A stretch of 64,000 nt of DNA. It comes from Ostreococcus lucimarinus (lineage: Eukaryota). The notes beneath the pieces are model-generated. The model had not been told where the DNA came from. It saw only the letters and a program-made list of their open reading frames with translations, and did not search any database. Position numbers and translations under genes: made by a program. The DNA is taken from assembly GCA_000092065.1 (NCBI GenBank), contig CP000593.1; one strand, written 5' to 3'. Below are positions 29,209 through 38,737 of this stretch, in pieces. Each line of letters opens with the position of its first letter. Within the stretch, counting starts at the first letter, position 1.

Positions 29209-29673
29209 CTACTCCTCCGGCAACAGCGCCAGCGCGTGCCCATCGACGCACACCGTCCCACACTTCACTTTCCGCACCACCGTCTCGTACCGCGCCCTCG
29301 TTCCCGATCGTTTCACCAATTTCAACTCAATCTCCAGCTCCTCGTCCACGCGCACCGGTTCCCTGAATTTCAACTCTTGGCTCGCGTACACCGTCCCCGG
29401 CCTCGCGCGCGCCAGCAGCGCCCCGAACGCGCTCGCCGCCAGCATTCCGTGCACCGCGCGTCCTCGCAATCGATTCTCGCCGTCACCCACCGCGCCGTCG
29501 TCGAAGTGAATCGGATTCTCATCGCCCGTCAACCGCGCGAACGCCGCGCAATCGTCCGCCGTGAACGTCCTGCGCTCGCGCAGCGCGTCCGCGCGCGTCG
29601 ACGACGTCGCGGACATCCCGCGCCGCGCCGCGGACGACCGCGCGAGCGCGCGCGCGACGATTCGCGCGCGCAT
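29209..29673 (-). CDS. MaoC-like (R)-specific enoyl-CoA hydratase / hot-dog fold protein with a mitochondrial-type presequence
   Basis: FTADDCAAFARLTGDENPIHFDDGA...GRAVHGMLAASAFGALLA is a hot-dog dehydratase motif. The presequence MRARIVARALARSSAARRG starts at the ATG complementary to 29671-29673. The ORF-track start 29856 is further upstream. Confidence 0.72.
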   Translation of the reverse strand: MRARIVARALARSSAARRGMSATSSTRADALRERRTFTADDCAAFARLTGDENPIHFDDGAVGDGENRLRGRAVHGMLAASAFGALLARARPGTVYASQELKFREPVRVDEELEIELKLVKRSGTRARYETVVRKVKCGTVCVDGHALALLPEE

Positions 29674-29936
29674 CACCGTCGGTCGCGCGACACAGCGCCG
29701 CGCGCCGGCGTCTGCGGCGTCGCGCGATGTCCGCGTCGGTCGACGCGCGCGCGCGCGCGCCGACGACGCGGTGGACATCGCGCGCGACGACGCGCGCGGC
29801 GACGAACGGCGCGGCGCGCGCGCGGCGAAGGAGTCGCGAGGGAATCGCGCGGGCATTCAATTCCGGCGGCGGCTCGACGACGCGCCGCGGACGCGCGCTT
29901 CGCGTCGCTCGACGCGGTGCGGACGCGGACGACGCT

Positions 29937-30737
29937 ATGATGGACGACGACGACGACGACGACGCGAGCGCGAGCGCGTCGGGACGCGCGGCCGAGGACG
30001 CGCGGTGGCTGGACGAGGACGAGGCGCGACGCGCGCGAGGGGCGACGGCGTCGGCGTCGACGCGACAACGGCGAGCGGCGCGAAGGGAACCGCGAGAGCG
30101 ACGAAACGAGCGACGGGATCGAGGTGGAGCGCGACCGAACGTGCTGGTGCTGACGCAGCGGGATTACGAACGCGTGCTGCCCATCGCGGCGACGGGGGAG
30201 CAATACGGGTACTTTTGGGGGGATAACGATACCGCGTTTCAACGCGTGGGGTTGTCGCTGTTGACGACGGTGTTGACCGCGAATGCGGCGCCGGCGCTCG
30301 CCGTGCCCGCGAGCACGTTTTTTTTGTGGGCACCCGTGGCGTTAGCGGCGCGACGTAACTCAAAGGTGCGAAGCGCTAAATACGCGGGCCTGTGGCGCGC
30401 CAGAGTCATCTCAGTCGAGCCCGTGGAGACGCGCGGGACGTCGAGCGTAGATTGGATGTTTAACCTAGTCGTCGGAGATAGATCCGGGGCGCGAGTACCG
30501 CTGAAAGTTCCTTTAAAAGCGGAGTACGCGGATATCAACGTAGGCGACGACGTCGAGCTCATCGTGACATCAGACGACCCGTACTTTTACACGTTTCAAG
30601 CCGTTCGCGAGGCGTATTTTCCGTTCCTTAACGTCTGGGTGGGCGAGTATCCGTTCCTCGACCGTCGTGGGATGGTGAGCGTGAGCGATCGTTTAGCCGG
30701 GGAAGAGGAGGCGCGTCGCGCCAGGGCGAGAGGATAA
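29937..30737 (+). CDS. Hypothetical protein (poly-Asp N-terminus, conserved-looking C-terminal 200 aa), unassigned
   Basis: MMDDDDDDD...NVLVLTQRDYERVLPIAATGEQYGYFWGDN...DPYFYTFQAVREAYFPFLNVWVGEYPFLDRRGMV. Non-repetitive. No family recognised. Confidence 0.4.
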   Translation: MMDDDDDDDASASASGRAAEDARWLDEDEARRARGATASASTRQRRAARREPRERRNERRDRGGARPNVLVLTQRDYERVLPIAATGEQYGYFWGDNDTAFQRVGLSLLTTVLTANAAPALAVPASTFFLWAPVALAARRNSKVRSAKYAGLWRARVISVEPVETRGTSSVDWMFNLVVGDRSGARVPLKVPLKAEYADINVGDDVELIVTSDDPYFYTFQAVREAYFPFLNVWVGEYPFLDRRGMVSVSDRLAGEEEARRARARG

Positions 30738-30778
30738 ACTGATAAAAGCGCCGCACTTACACTGCAATAGAACACTAC

Positions 30779-31427
30779 TCACTTCTCGTCCAATTCGTCC
30801 ATCATCTTCTCCAGCTCGCTCGCCGGCATTTCTTCCAAACGCTTTTGCATCACCGCGTTTTCGTACTGTTTAACCATCGTCGAAACGAAACGTCTGAGCG
30901 TCAGTCTTCGGTTCGCGTTTTCTTTCTCCTTCGCGTTTCGTCTCGCGCTCTCGCCTCGTTCGCTTCGCACGCACATCCTTCAACTGCTTCGCGTAAGTCA
31001 TGTCCTTATTGAACACTCGCATGACGTACGACCCCACCCACGCGAGCGTCAATCCGAGCACGAACGTCAACTGCACCGCGTTGCCCGCCTTCGTCGAATC
31101 CATCCCCGCGAACGATTGCAACCCGTAGTACGCCGCGAATCCCGCGCCCGTGACCCCGGTCCCGATCAGCATCACGTCCGCGCGCGTGTACCCGAACGGC
31201 ACGTCGCCTTCATCGTCCGCGGGCGTCGCGCGCGTGCGCGTGGTCTTCCCGACGCGCGGCGATTCCAGCCTTCGCGTCGTCGTCATCGTCTTCGTCGTCG
31301 CGCGCGCGCGCGTCGCGCTCGACCGCGCGGCCGCGAACACGCCGCGCGCGCGTCGCGTCGTCGCGCGTCGCGTCGTCGCGCATCGCGCCGTCGTCGTCGT
31401 CGCGCGCGTCGTCGTCGCGAACGTCAT
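30779..31427 (-). CDS. Small two-TM membrane protein of cyanobacterial/plastid-lineage type (DUF3007-like, tentative), two exons: join(complement(30779..30865),complement(30975..31427))
   Basis: The ORF track splits it into two frames (30870..31427 and 30779..30976). A 109-nt intron with GTGCGT donor, CTGAC branch box and AACAG acceptor joins ...MTYAKQLKD to YENAVMQKRLEEMPASELEKMMDELDEK in phase 0. T/R-rich transit-like N-terminus. Confidence 0.65.
30866..30974 (-). mobile_element. Introner-like element forming the DUF3007-like gene intron (109 nt)
   Basis: Minus-strand sequence: GTGCGTGCGAAGCGAACGAGGCGAGAGCGCGAGACGAAACGCG...GAAGACTGACGCTCAGACGTTTCGTTTCGACGATGGTTAAACAG. Shares GTGCGTGCGA, GCGAACGA, GCGCGAGACGA, GACTGACG and CGATGGT with the other copies. 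Confidence 0.7.
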
Positions 31428-31699
31428 CGTCTCGATCGATGATGCGTCGACGAATGGCGCGACGCCGCAGAGCGCGCCTCGCCGCGGGCGCGATGCGCGC
31501 GACGCCGGCGACGCGCGCGAGCGGGGACTCCGAGCGCGGCGCGCGCGACGCGATCGCCGCCGCCGCCGCCGACGCGTCGGTCCCGACGGTCGATGACGCG
31601 AACGACGACGACGACGCGAACGATGTCGACGCCGACGCCGACGCGCGACGCCGACGCGCGGGCGACGACGCGAACGCGTCTCGAGCGACGCGCGCCTCG

Positions 31700-32989
31700 A
31701 TGACGCCGGCGCGCGCGCTGTACGCGCGCTTCGTCGCCGTGGGCGTGGGGACGCTGTTCCCGTGGAACGTCTTCATCACCGAGCGCGCGTACTTCGCGCG
31801 ACGGTTCGCGAACGATGGCGCGAACGATGGGTCGTTCTTCGCGGCGAATTTCGAAGGGACGTTCGCGAACGCGTACGCGCTGAGCAATCTGATCGGATGC
31901 GCGGGGTTGGTGAAATATGGGGACGCGCGCGGCGCGGCGACGGGTTCGCGAGCGACGGCGAGCGCGCTGGGAATCGCGGCGGTGGGGATATGGACGTGTG
32001 GGGTCGTCGCGGGCGTGGAACGGGTGAAAATGGACGTCGTATTCGCGCAGACGCTAGGGGTGATCGTGGTGGTCGGATTGGCGACGGCGGTGGCGCAGTC
32101 CGGGGGGTTCGCGCTCGCGAGTCGGTTGCCGCCCGAGTTCGCGCAGGGCGCGATGAGCGGGCAGGCGGTGAGTGGGGTGGTGGTTTCTTTGGTGGCGCTG
32201 GCGACGACTGCGTATGGTGGGGGATCAGTTTCGTCCTCGTCGTCCGCGAAAGGCGCACAGGCGTATTTTTACGTCGCCGCGGCGGTGGTGCTGGGTTGCG
32301 CGGCGACGGCGGCGCGATTGGACAAGACGCCCGCATTCGAAGAGCTCACTGGGGTCGAGCGGCATCGAGATGGGCGCCGGTCGGAGATGAACGCGCTCCT
32401 ACGGGATGATGACGTCGATGAGTACGACAGCGACGTCGAGGGCGCGCCGTTGAGAGCTTCCACAGGCGTGGAGGATTTCGGCGACGAGAGTCGCGATTAT
32501 AGACTCGCCGTCGCGTTGACGTTTATCGCCAGCCTCTGCGCGTTTCCGGCAATCACGAGCTCAATCGAGAGCTCGCACGGCGCAATGGGAGCGTTTTGGT
32601 CGCCGGTATTATTCTTACTCTTCAACTTGGGCGATTTTCTCGGCCGACATCTGGCTGGAATGTATCCCAAGACGCCGCCGAGAGGCGCGTCGTTGCGGCG
32701 CGCGGCGACGCTTCGATTCGCCTTCATCCCGTTTCTCGCCGCCTGCAACGTCACCACGCCGAACTGGCGCGTGCCCACCGTGTTTGCGTCCGACTTCTTC
32801 CCCTTCCTCTTCATATCCGCCCTCGCGGTGACGAATGGTTGGCTCGCGAGCGTCGCCATGATGCACGGCGCCAGCCGCGCGCCGCTCTCAAAACGTCAAG
32901 CCGAGGGCGTCGTCCTCAGCTTTGCCCTCGTCGCCGGTATATTCCTCGGCACTGCATTGTCTCTGTTCATTGTATTCATATTATCTTAG
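31700..32989 (+). CDS. Equilibrative nucleoside transporter (ENT/SLC29 family)
   Basis: LYARFVAVGVGTLFPWNVFITERAYF is the ENT TM1 signature, followed by 11 TM-like segments, a central loop and FIPFLAACNV near the C-terminus. The ORF-track start 31439 adds an Arg/Asp-rich 87-aa extension; ATG 31700 gives a typical ~430-aa ENT. Confidence 0.8.
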   Translation: MTPARALYARFVAVGVGTLFPWNVFITERAYFARRFANDGANDGSFFAANFEGTFANAYALSNLIGCAGLVKYGDARGAATGSRATASALGIAAVGIWTCGVVAGVERVKMDVVFAQTLGVIVVVGLATAVAQSGGFALASRLPPEFAQGAMSGQAVSGVVVSLVALATTAYGGGSVSSSSSAKGAQAYFYVAAAVVLGCAATAARLDKTPAFEELTGVERHRDGRRSEMNALLRDDDVDEYDSDVEGAPLRASTGVEDFGDESRDYRLAVALTFIASLCAFPAITSSIESSHGAMGAFWSPVLFLLFNLGDFLGRHLAGMYPKTPPRGASLRRAATLRFAFIPFLAACNVTTPNWRVPTVFASDFFPFLFISALAVTNGWLASVAMMHGASRAPLSKRQAEGVVLSFALVAGIFLGTALSLFIVFILS

Positions 32990-33121
32990 CGCGGTTGCGG
33001 CCAAATTGTAATAAATTGTATTCGCGATGATTGTCAGAGACTTTTTGACCTCACGGCCGCCAAAGCAATCGCGATCGAGTCGCCGCCGCACTCGCGCGCG
33101 CGCGACGGAACTTCCCTCGAA

Positions 33122-35338
33122 ATGGGTCGGGGTCGATTTAACAAGCGTCGAGGAGGCGGTGGTCGCGGGAACGGTCCTCAAAGCGGCGCCTTCGCGCGCG
33201 ACTTCAAGCGACAAAAACGCGACGGCGGCGGCGGCATGGATGCGCGAGGTGAACGAGGGAACGCGCACGACGGCTATCACGACATCCAGAAGACGAACAA
33301 AGCGTTTGAGACGTACTACAAAGCCCAGAATATCGTCCCGGAGAGCGAGTGGGAGACGTTTTTGGACTGCATGCGGTCGCCGTTGCCGATGACGTTTAGA
33401 ATCAATGGAAGTGGAAAGTTCGCGACGGATATGCGAGACCAATTGGAGGGGACACTGTTCGCGGAATTGCTCAAAGAGGAATTGAAAGATGAGGAACAAA
33501 ATGAATTACCGCCGCCGAAGCCGTTGGCGTGGTATCCCGAGCGATTGGCGTGGCAGTGTAGTTATACGCGAGCGCAGTTGCGACGGTTGCCGGCGCTGCA
33601 AGGAATTTTCGACTTCATCAAGAACGCTAACGAGCTCGGGTCGATCTCTAGGCAAGAGGCAGTATCGATGATTCCTCCGTTTTTCTTGGATGCGCAACCG
33701 CATCATCGAATTTTGGACATGTGCGCGTCGCCGGGAAGCAAGACGTTTCAGATTTTGGAACGCATGCACGGTGATTTTGACGGCAACACCAAGCTTCCCA
33801 CCGGAATCGTCGTCGCCAATGACGTCGATTTGAAGCGTTGCAACTTACTGACGCATCAAACGAAGCGAGCGAACTCACCGACGTTACTCGTGACCAATCA
33901 TGAAGCGCAAAACTATCCCATCATCAAAGGCCCAAAGGGTGAACTCTTCGACTTTGACGCCATCCTGTGCGACGTACCGTGCTCGGGCGACGCGACGATG
34001 CGCAAGGCACCGGATATCTGGAACAGATGGACTCCTGGTAATGGTAACGGTTTGCATACCTTACAGCTTAGAATCGCTGCTCGCGGTGCTCAGCTCCTCA
34101 AGGTGGGCGGTCGTCTCGTGTACAGCACGTGCTCGCTGAATCCGATTGAAAACGAAGCTGTCGTGGCGGCGTTGTTGAAGGAATGCGATGGTGCTTTGGA
34201 GCTTCTCGATGTGAGTGACGAATTGCCAGACTTGAAGCGTAGCCCTGGATTGCGCGATTGGCAAGTGTGGGATAAGTTTGGCTATCACCCAAGCTTTCGA
34301 GGCGAGGAGCAAATGTTCAAGCTCTGCGAGACGATGTTCTCCGACGAAGAGACGAAGAAACTGCCGTTGGAGCGATGTCTGCGACTTTTGCCTCATCATC
34401 AAGACACTGGTGGATTCTTTGTCGCCGTATTCCAGAAAGTTAAGCCCATGGAGATCAAAGAAGACGTGAACGCAAAGAAGCAAACTGTGAAGGAGCGTGT
34501 TCGCCTTTCGCTCAACGTGAACGCGAAGAACGAGATCGAGATGTCACATGAGGTGATCACGTTGGCCCGCAAGGGTCAGACTGCGTCTATACCTCCGGAA
34601 GTCGACGACAAAGGCGAGTATTTGCTCCCACACAGAGGCGCGACGGGTCCGAACGGGGGCAGTCGATGGCTCGGCATCGATCCTGTGCTTCCGGTGAACG
34701 ATCCGAAGGTGATCAATAGCATCTACAGTGTCTACGGTATCGAAAGCGATGACATTGCGTTACACAAAAATTGTGTCACACGCACTGCGGACACTTCACG
34801 ACCGAAGCGTGTGTACACCATCACCGACTCCTTGCGCCAGTACTTAGCGTGCGACGTCAACGAAAGTCTTCGCGTGACGTCGTGCGGGCTCAAGGCGTTC
34901 GAGCGCCAGGAAATCAAGGATGAAGTCAAAGAACAAGAAGAAACTTCTGGTGCGATGTGTGATTTCCGTCTCACGCAAGACGGAATACCGATGATGTTCC
35001 CGTTCGTGAGAAAGCGCATCATTCGCCCGACTTTTGACGACTTTAAAGCCATCCTTGAACGTCGCACGTTGGCGTTTGAGTACAGCGCAGAGGCGCCGCA
35101 ACGCGCCGTCATCTCTTGCGCCGAAACCAAAAAAGCCTTGCTCGATCTCACTTTGGGATGCTGCATTCTCGTTCCTCGCGATGAAGATCTGGCCGCCATC
35201 AACGTCAGCAAGGCGGACCTCGCCATCGCGTGCTGGCGCGGTCGCACGTCATGCAACTTGTTGGTCTCCAAAGCCGAAACAATTCACTTCATCGATAAAA
35301 TCAAAGTCAACGCGGCGGTGAAGATGGACACGTCGTGA
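33122..35338 (+). CDS. NSUN2: tRNA (cytosine-5)-methyltransferase NSUN2/Trm4 (NOL1/NOP2/Sun family)
   Basis: MGRGRFNKRRGG N-terminus. ILDMCASPGSKTFQ (motif I), DAILCDVPCSGDATMRKAPDIW (motif IV, TC dipeptide), VYSTCSLNPIENEAVV (motif VI) and ERCLRLLPHHQDTGGFFVAVF, all collinear with human NSUN2. Confidence 0.92.
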   Translation: MGRGRFNKRRGGGGRGNGPQSGAFARDFKRQKRDGGGGMDARGERGNAHDGYHDIQKTNKAFETYYKAQNIVPESEWETFLDCMRSPLPMTFRINGSGKFATDMRDQLEGTLFAELLKEELKDEEQNELPPPKPLAWYPERLAWQCSYTRAQLRRLPALQGIFDFIKNANELGSISRQEAVSMIPPFFLDAQPHHRILDMCASPGSKTFQILERMHGDFDGNTKLPTGIVVANDVDLKRCNLLTHQTKRANSPTLLVTNHEAQNYPIIKGPKGELFDFDAILCDVPCSGDATMRKAPDIWNRWTPGNGNGLHTLQLRIAARGAQLLKVGGRLVYSTCSLNPIENEAVVAALLKECDGALELLDVSDELPDLKRSPGLRDWQVWDKFGYHPSFRGEEQMFKLCETMFSDEETKKLPLERCLRLLPHHQDTGGFFVAVFQKVKPMEIKEDVNAKKQTVKERVRLSLNVNAKNEIEMSHEVITLARKGQTASIPPEVDDKGEYLLPHRGATGPNGGSRWLGIDPVLPVNDPKVINSIYSVYGIESDDIALHKNCVTRTADTSRPKRVYTITDSLRQYLACDVNESLRVTSCGLKAFERQEIKDEVKEQEETSGAMCDFRLTQDGIPMMFPFVRKRIIRPTFDDFKAILERRTLAFEYSAEAPQRAVISCAETKKALLDLTLGCCILVPRDEDLAAINVSKADLAIACWRGRTSCNLLVSKAETIHFIDKIKVNAAVKMDTS

Positions 35339-35592
35339 TCACAGCGCAGTCACGCCTAGTAGCGCCTCCGATGTGTGGGTGTCGTAATAAGTAGCTCTGT
35401 ATACTCGACGTGTGAATAGCGCCGCCCCGCACACGCGCGCGCGCACCGTCATCGCGGACGATGTCTCGCGTCCACGCGTGGCCGAAGCACACAGTGTCGT
35501 CATGCGCGTCTCCACGCGCGCGCGCGTCGACGAGCGCGCGCGCGCGGGCGTCGACGAGCGCGAAGGCGTCGACGAGCTCAAAGGACGACGAA

Positions 35593-36411
35593 ATGACTCC
35601 CGAGCGCGCGTTTCGCAGGATGTGGACCAAGGCGGACAAGTATCACACGCACGCGGTGTCGGGAACGTTATATACCGCGCTAGGGGCGGGAATGATGGGC
35701 CAGTGGGCGCTGGACGACGCGACGGCGCTGACGAGCGGTGGCGGCGCGACTCCGGGGCTGGACCCCGCGTTGACCGGCGTCGCGCTCACGCTGGCGACGG
35801 TGTGCGCGTTGAGTGGACTACCACTTTCAAAGAGCCGCGGTTGGCGGAAAACCGAGCTCAGCGCGCGATCGATCGCGTTTCAGTTCGTGTTGACGTGGGA
35901 GTGCGTTCGCTTCGCGGGCGTCGTCGATCCCGCGCTCAGAGTCCCCGGATTGGACACCCTTTGGTTGGCGTGGTTGCCATTCGTGTGGCAAACGATGACG
36001 TCGGCATACATCGTCCTGTTCACGAAGGACGACAAGCGCGCCGCGCTCGCGGTGTGGCTCGGCACGCTCGGTTTCGGAGCTCAAATTTTCCCGGCGCAGC
36101 GCGTCCTCGACGTCGCCTCCGTCGCCGCGCTCGAAGCCGCGAGACCCGGTCTCCCCACGATATGGGCTCACGGCACGTTTGGTTTGATTTGGCTCCTGAA
36201 CTGGTCCACGTTCGGCGCCTCACTTCGCGCGCGCGACGTCGTCTCGTCGGACGCCGACTACGTCCGCGCCTTTTTGACGCGTCCCAGCGCGTTTTGGTTC
36301 GCCTTATTCGCCCTCGACCTCGCCGTCGCGCGTCCGTTCGCGTCGATCGGCGATTATCTCGCCTCCGCCCTCGGCTCCGACGTCGCCGCCGCCCTCGCCT
36401 CGAGCGCGTGA
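35593..36411 (+). CDS. Hypothetical multi-pass membrane protein
   Basis: ATG at 35593 (MTPERAFRRMWTKADKYH...). Five or six hydrophobic helices. Coding-like composition. Overlapping ORF 35412..36545 is the alternative frame and is rejected. Confidence 0.4.
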   Translation: MTPERAFRRMWTKADKYHTHAVSGTLYTALGAGMMGQWALDDATALTSGGGATPGLDPALTGVALTLATVCALSGLPLSKSRGWRKTELSARSIAFQFVLTWECVRFAGVVDPALRVPGLDTLWLAWLPFVWQTMTSAYIVLFTKDDKRAALAVWLGTLGFGAQIFPAQRVLDVASVAALEAARPGLPTIWAHGTFGLIWLLNWSTFGASLRARDVVSSDADYVRAFLTRPSAFWFALFALDLAVARPFASIGDYLASALGSDVAAALASSA

Positions 36412-36584
36412 GTCCGCCTTCCCGTCCCGGCCCGGCGTCGCCGAGCGACCGACCGCCCACCGCGCCGCCGTCGGCTCGAAGATATTTTCAACGGGACGCA
36501 TCATTGCGGGAGATCCCTTTTGCATACCCTTCAACACGCGTGTAATACGTACATTTATCACACGTCTGCGAATATCCCGCGTTT

Positions 36585-36607
36585 CGCTTTTTCGCGGCGA
36601 AAAAGCG
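36585..36607. promoter_or_regulatory. Perfect 23-bp palindrome CGCTTTTTCGCGGCGAAAAAGCG ~230 bp upstream of the TOC1-like gene
   Basis: 11-bp arms around a central G, verified base by base. Adjacent GAATATCC (36570-36577) contains the AATATC core of the plant evening element. Confidence 0.5.
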
Positions 36608-36835
36608 TCGTCGAAAAGATTCGCTCGAGCCCCCCCGCGCCGGGTCGCGACTCGTCGATCGCGCGTCGCGCGCGCCCCGCATTCTCAGGCACACGACGCG
36701 CGCGACGATCGACGCGGCGGCGCGATCGACGCGCGGCGCGGCGCGGCGCGGCGCGGCGCGAAAACCAGCGTCCGTCGCGTCGTCCGGACCGCGCTCGACG
36801 ACGCGACGGAGGCGCGGCGACGGGCGCGAGCGACG

Positions 36836-38590
36836 ATGCGGGACGACGACGCGATGGGCGCGACGCGACTCGCGGACGCGCTCGCGGACGCGGTCGAGGA
36901 CGCGAGCGCGAGAAACGCGGGCGGGGGGGGGGGACGCGCGGGACGCGCGCGCGCGAAGACGAATGGGAAGAGCGCGCGACCGAGGTTGAACGACGCGGGC
37001 GCGCACTTGAGAGTGCTGCTGGCGACGGACGACGCGCACACGCGAAAGATGGTGGAATCGATGCTGCGCGAGCTCGGGGTGGAGGTGGTGGCGGCGACGA
37101 ATGGGAACGAAGTCTTGGACGTCTTGCGGGGGGCGCCGAAGAGCGCGAGGGAGGACACGTCGGTGGATATGATTTTGCTCGACGTGTTGATGCCCGAACT
37201 CGACGGGGAAGTCGAACTGGTGGAGGCGTGTAAGGCGAACGAAACCCTGCGCGGGGTGCCGATCGTCATCATGTCCACCGTGGACGAGCGCAAGGCGTGC
37301 AAGACGCGATTTGAAAATTCGGGCGCCGCCGGTTTCTTGACGAAACCGGTGAACCGCATCGAGTTGAAGGAGAGCTTGGCGCACACGCGGGCGTTAAAAA
37401 GCCACGAAAGTGGTAGCGTTGAAGGTGAGGGTTCGGGTTCGGGGAACTGCATGGATCCAAACGACAACGTCGGCGGGAGCGCAAAGTCGTCGCTCACCAA
37501 GCTCACGAGCAGGGAAAAAGTCGCGGGGGGCTCGGGCGGTGGGCAAAACGATTCGGGGAGCGATAATCAATACAACGAAAAACCGCTCACGAGACGCGCC
37601 GAAGCCGAAGCGATCGATCGATGGGCCAGTCGCGAGGGTGGGTCGGGAGACTGCGGCTCGGGCGGCTCGGGTCAAGGCACGGGAAGCGGTAGCGGCTCCC
37701 ACGAAGGCTCGGGGTCGGGCCAGCGTGATCCAAACGACGGCGAAAAGTTCCGCGGCTTGAGCGTGCAACTCATCAAGGCGCACGGTGGGGCAACGACTAT
37801 GCTCGAACTCTCTTTACCAGAGCACGCGTCTGAGCACGTCGTCGTTCGACGATCAAACTCGCGTTCGGCGTTCAAGGGGTTTCAAAACTACCTTAAGAAC
37901 GAAAACAAGGATACCGCGGTGCAAATGATGAGCGTTGACTTGACGCAGCAGCATCACTCGTTTTATGAAGCGTCTTCCATGATGCCACCGTCAGATTTCG
38001 CCAAATTTTACGGACCGATTATGCCGAAGATGGAAATGCCCGTGCCGCCGCCGATGCCGCCGTACGCCGATATGAACCAATTCTCCGCCGCCGCCGCCGC
38101 CGCCGCCGCGGTGGCGGCGTCTTCGGTCGACGCTTCAGTGATGGATCAATCGTATATGGCGAATCCGTTTTTCAACGTTTTACAAACTGCGGCCGATCAC
38201 ACCCAGCAGACGAGCTCGAGCCAAGCCGCCGAGCATCGCGCCGCGGCGATTCGACGCTTTTTGAAGAAGCGCAAGGAAAGGAACTTCGAAAAGAAAGTTC
38301 TTTACCCTTCGCGACAAAAGCTCTCGGAATCCCGTCCTCGCGTTCGCGGACAGTTCACTCGAAACAACGATGAAACGACGACGACGACGACGACGACTGA
38401 AAACGTCTCAAACGGATCGGACAACAAACCAAAGTCGAACGAAACCAACGCGAGCGAGGCGAACAAGGTCGGCGAAGTCGAAGGCAAGGGAGTGGACGAG
38501 TACGGTCACGGCTCGAACGAAGGTTCGAACGAAGGTTCGAAAGAAGGCTCCCGAAGTTCTTCCGGCGCCGAAGGCGAAGGCTCCAAGTAA
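36836..38590 (+). CDS. TOC1/PRR-like clock-type protein: N-terminal response-regulator receiver domain plus C-terminal CCT motif
   Basis: REC domain: LRVLLATDDAHTRKMV...DMILLDVLMPELDG...FLTKP. CCT: EHRAAAIRRFLKKRKERNFEKKVLYPSRQKLSESRPRVRGQFTR (cf. CONSTANS/TOC1 CCT R.RY.EKRK.R.F.K.IRY..RK..A..RPR.KGRF). Low-complexity Gly/Ser, poly-Ala and poly-Thr linkers. Confidence 0.85.
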   Translation: MRDDDAMGATRLADALADAVEDASARNAGGGGGRAGRARAKTNGKSARPRLNDAGAHLRVLLATDDAHTRKMVESMLRELGVEVVAATNGNEVLDVLRGAPKSAREDTSVDMILLDVLMPELDGEVELVEACKANETLRGVPIVIMSTVDERKACKTRFENSGAAGFLTKPVNRIELKESLAHTRALKSHESGSVEGEGSGSGNCMDPNDNVGGSAKSSLTKLTSREKVAGGSGGGQNDSGSDNQYNEKPLTRRAEAEAIDRWASREGGSGDCGSGGSGQGTGSGSGSHEGSGSGQRDPNDGEKFRGLSVQLIKAHGGATTMLELSLPEHASEHVVVRRSNSRSAFKGFQNYLKNENKDTAVQMMSVDLTQQHHSFYEASSMMPPSDFAKFYGPIMPKMEMPVPPPMPPYADMNQFSAAAAAAAAVAASSVDASVMDQSYMANPFFNVLQTAADHTQQTSSSQAAEHRAAAIRRFLKKRKERNFEKKVLYPSRQKLSESRPRVRGQFTRNNDETTTTTTTTENVSNGSDNKPKSNETNASEANKVGEVEGKGVDEYGHGSNEGSNEGSKEGSRSSSGAEGEGSK

Positions 38591-38737
38591 AGGACACAAT
38601 TTTCTCAATACGTCTCAAGATAACAGATTAATTGTACCACACACCACACACCACCTTCCACTGGACAATTTCACATTGGCGAGATTCTACTTTTTAATAA
38701 TATGTACGAGTACACAAGCTATACACTATTTCCTACG

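Noticed and set aside
35412-36545. 377-aa ORF overlapping the 35461..36411 ORF in another frame
   Set aside because: Arg-rich alternative frame. The hydrophobic-helix frame (35593..36411) is the plausible gene.
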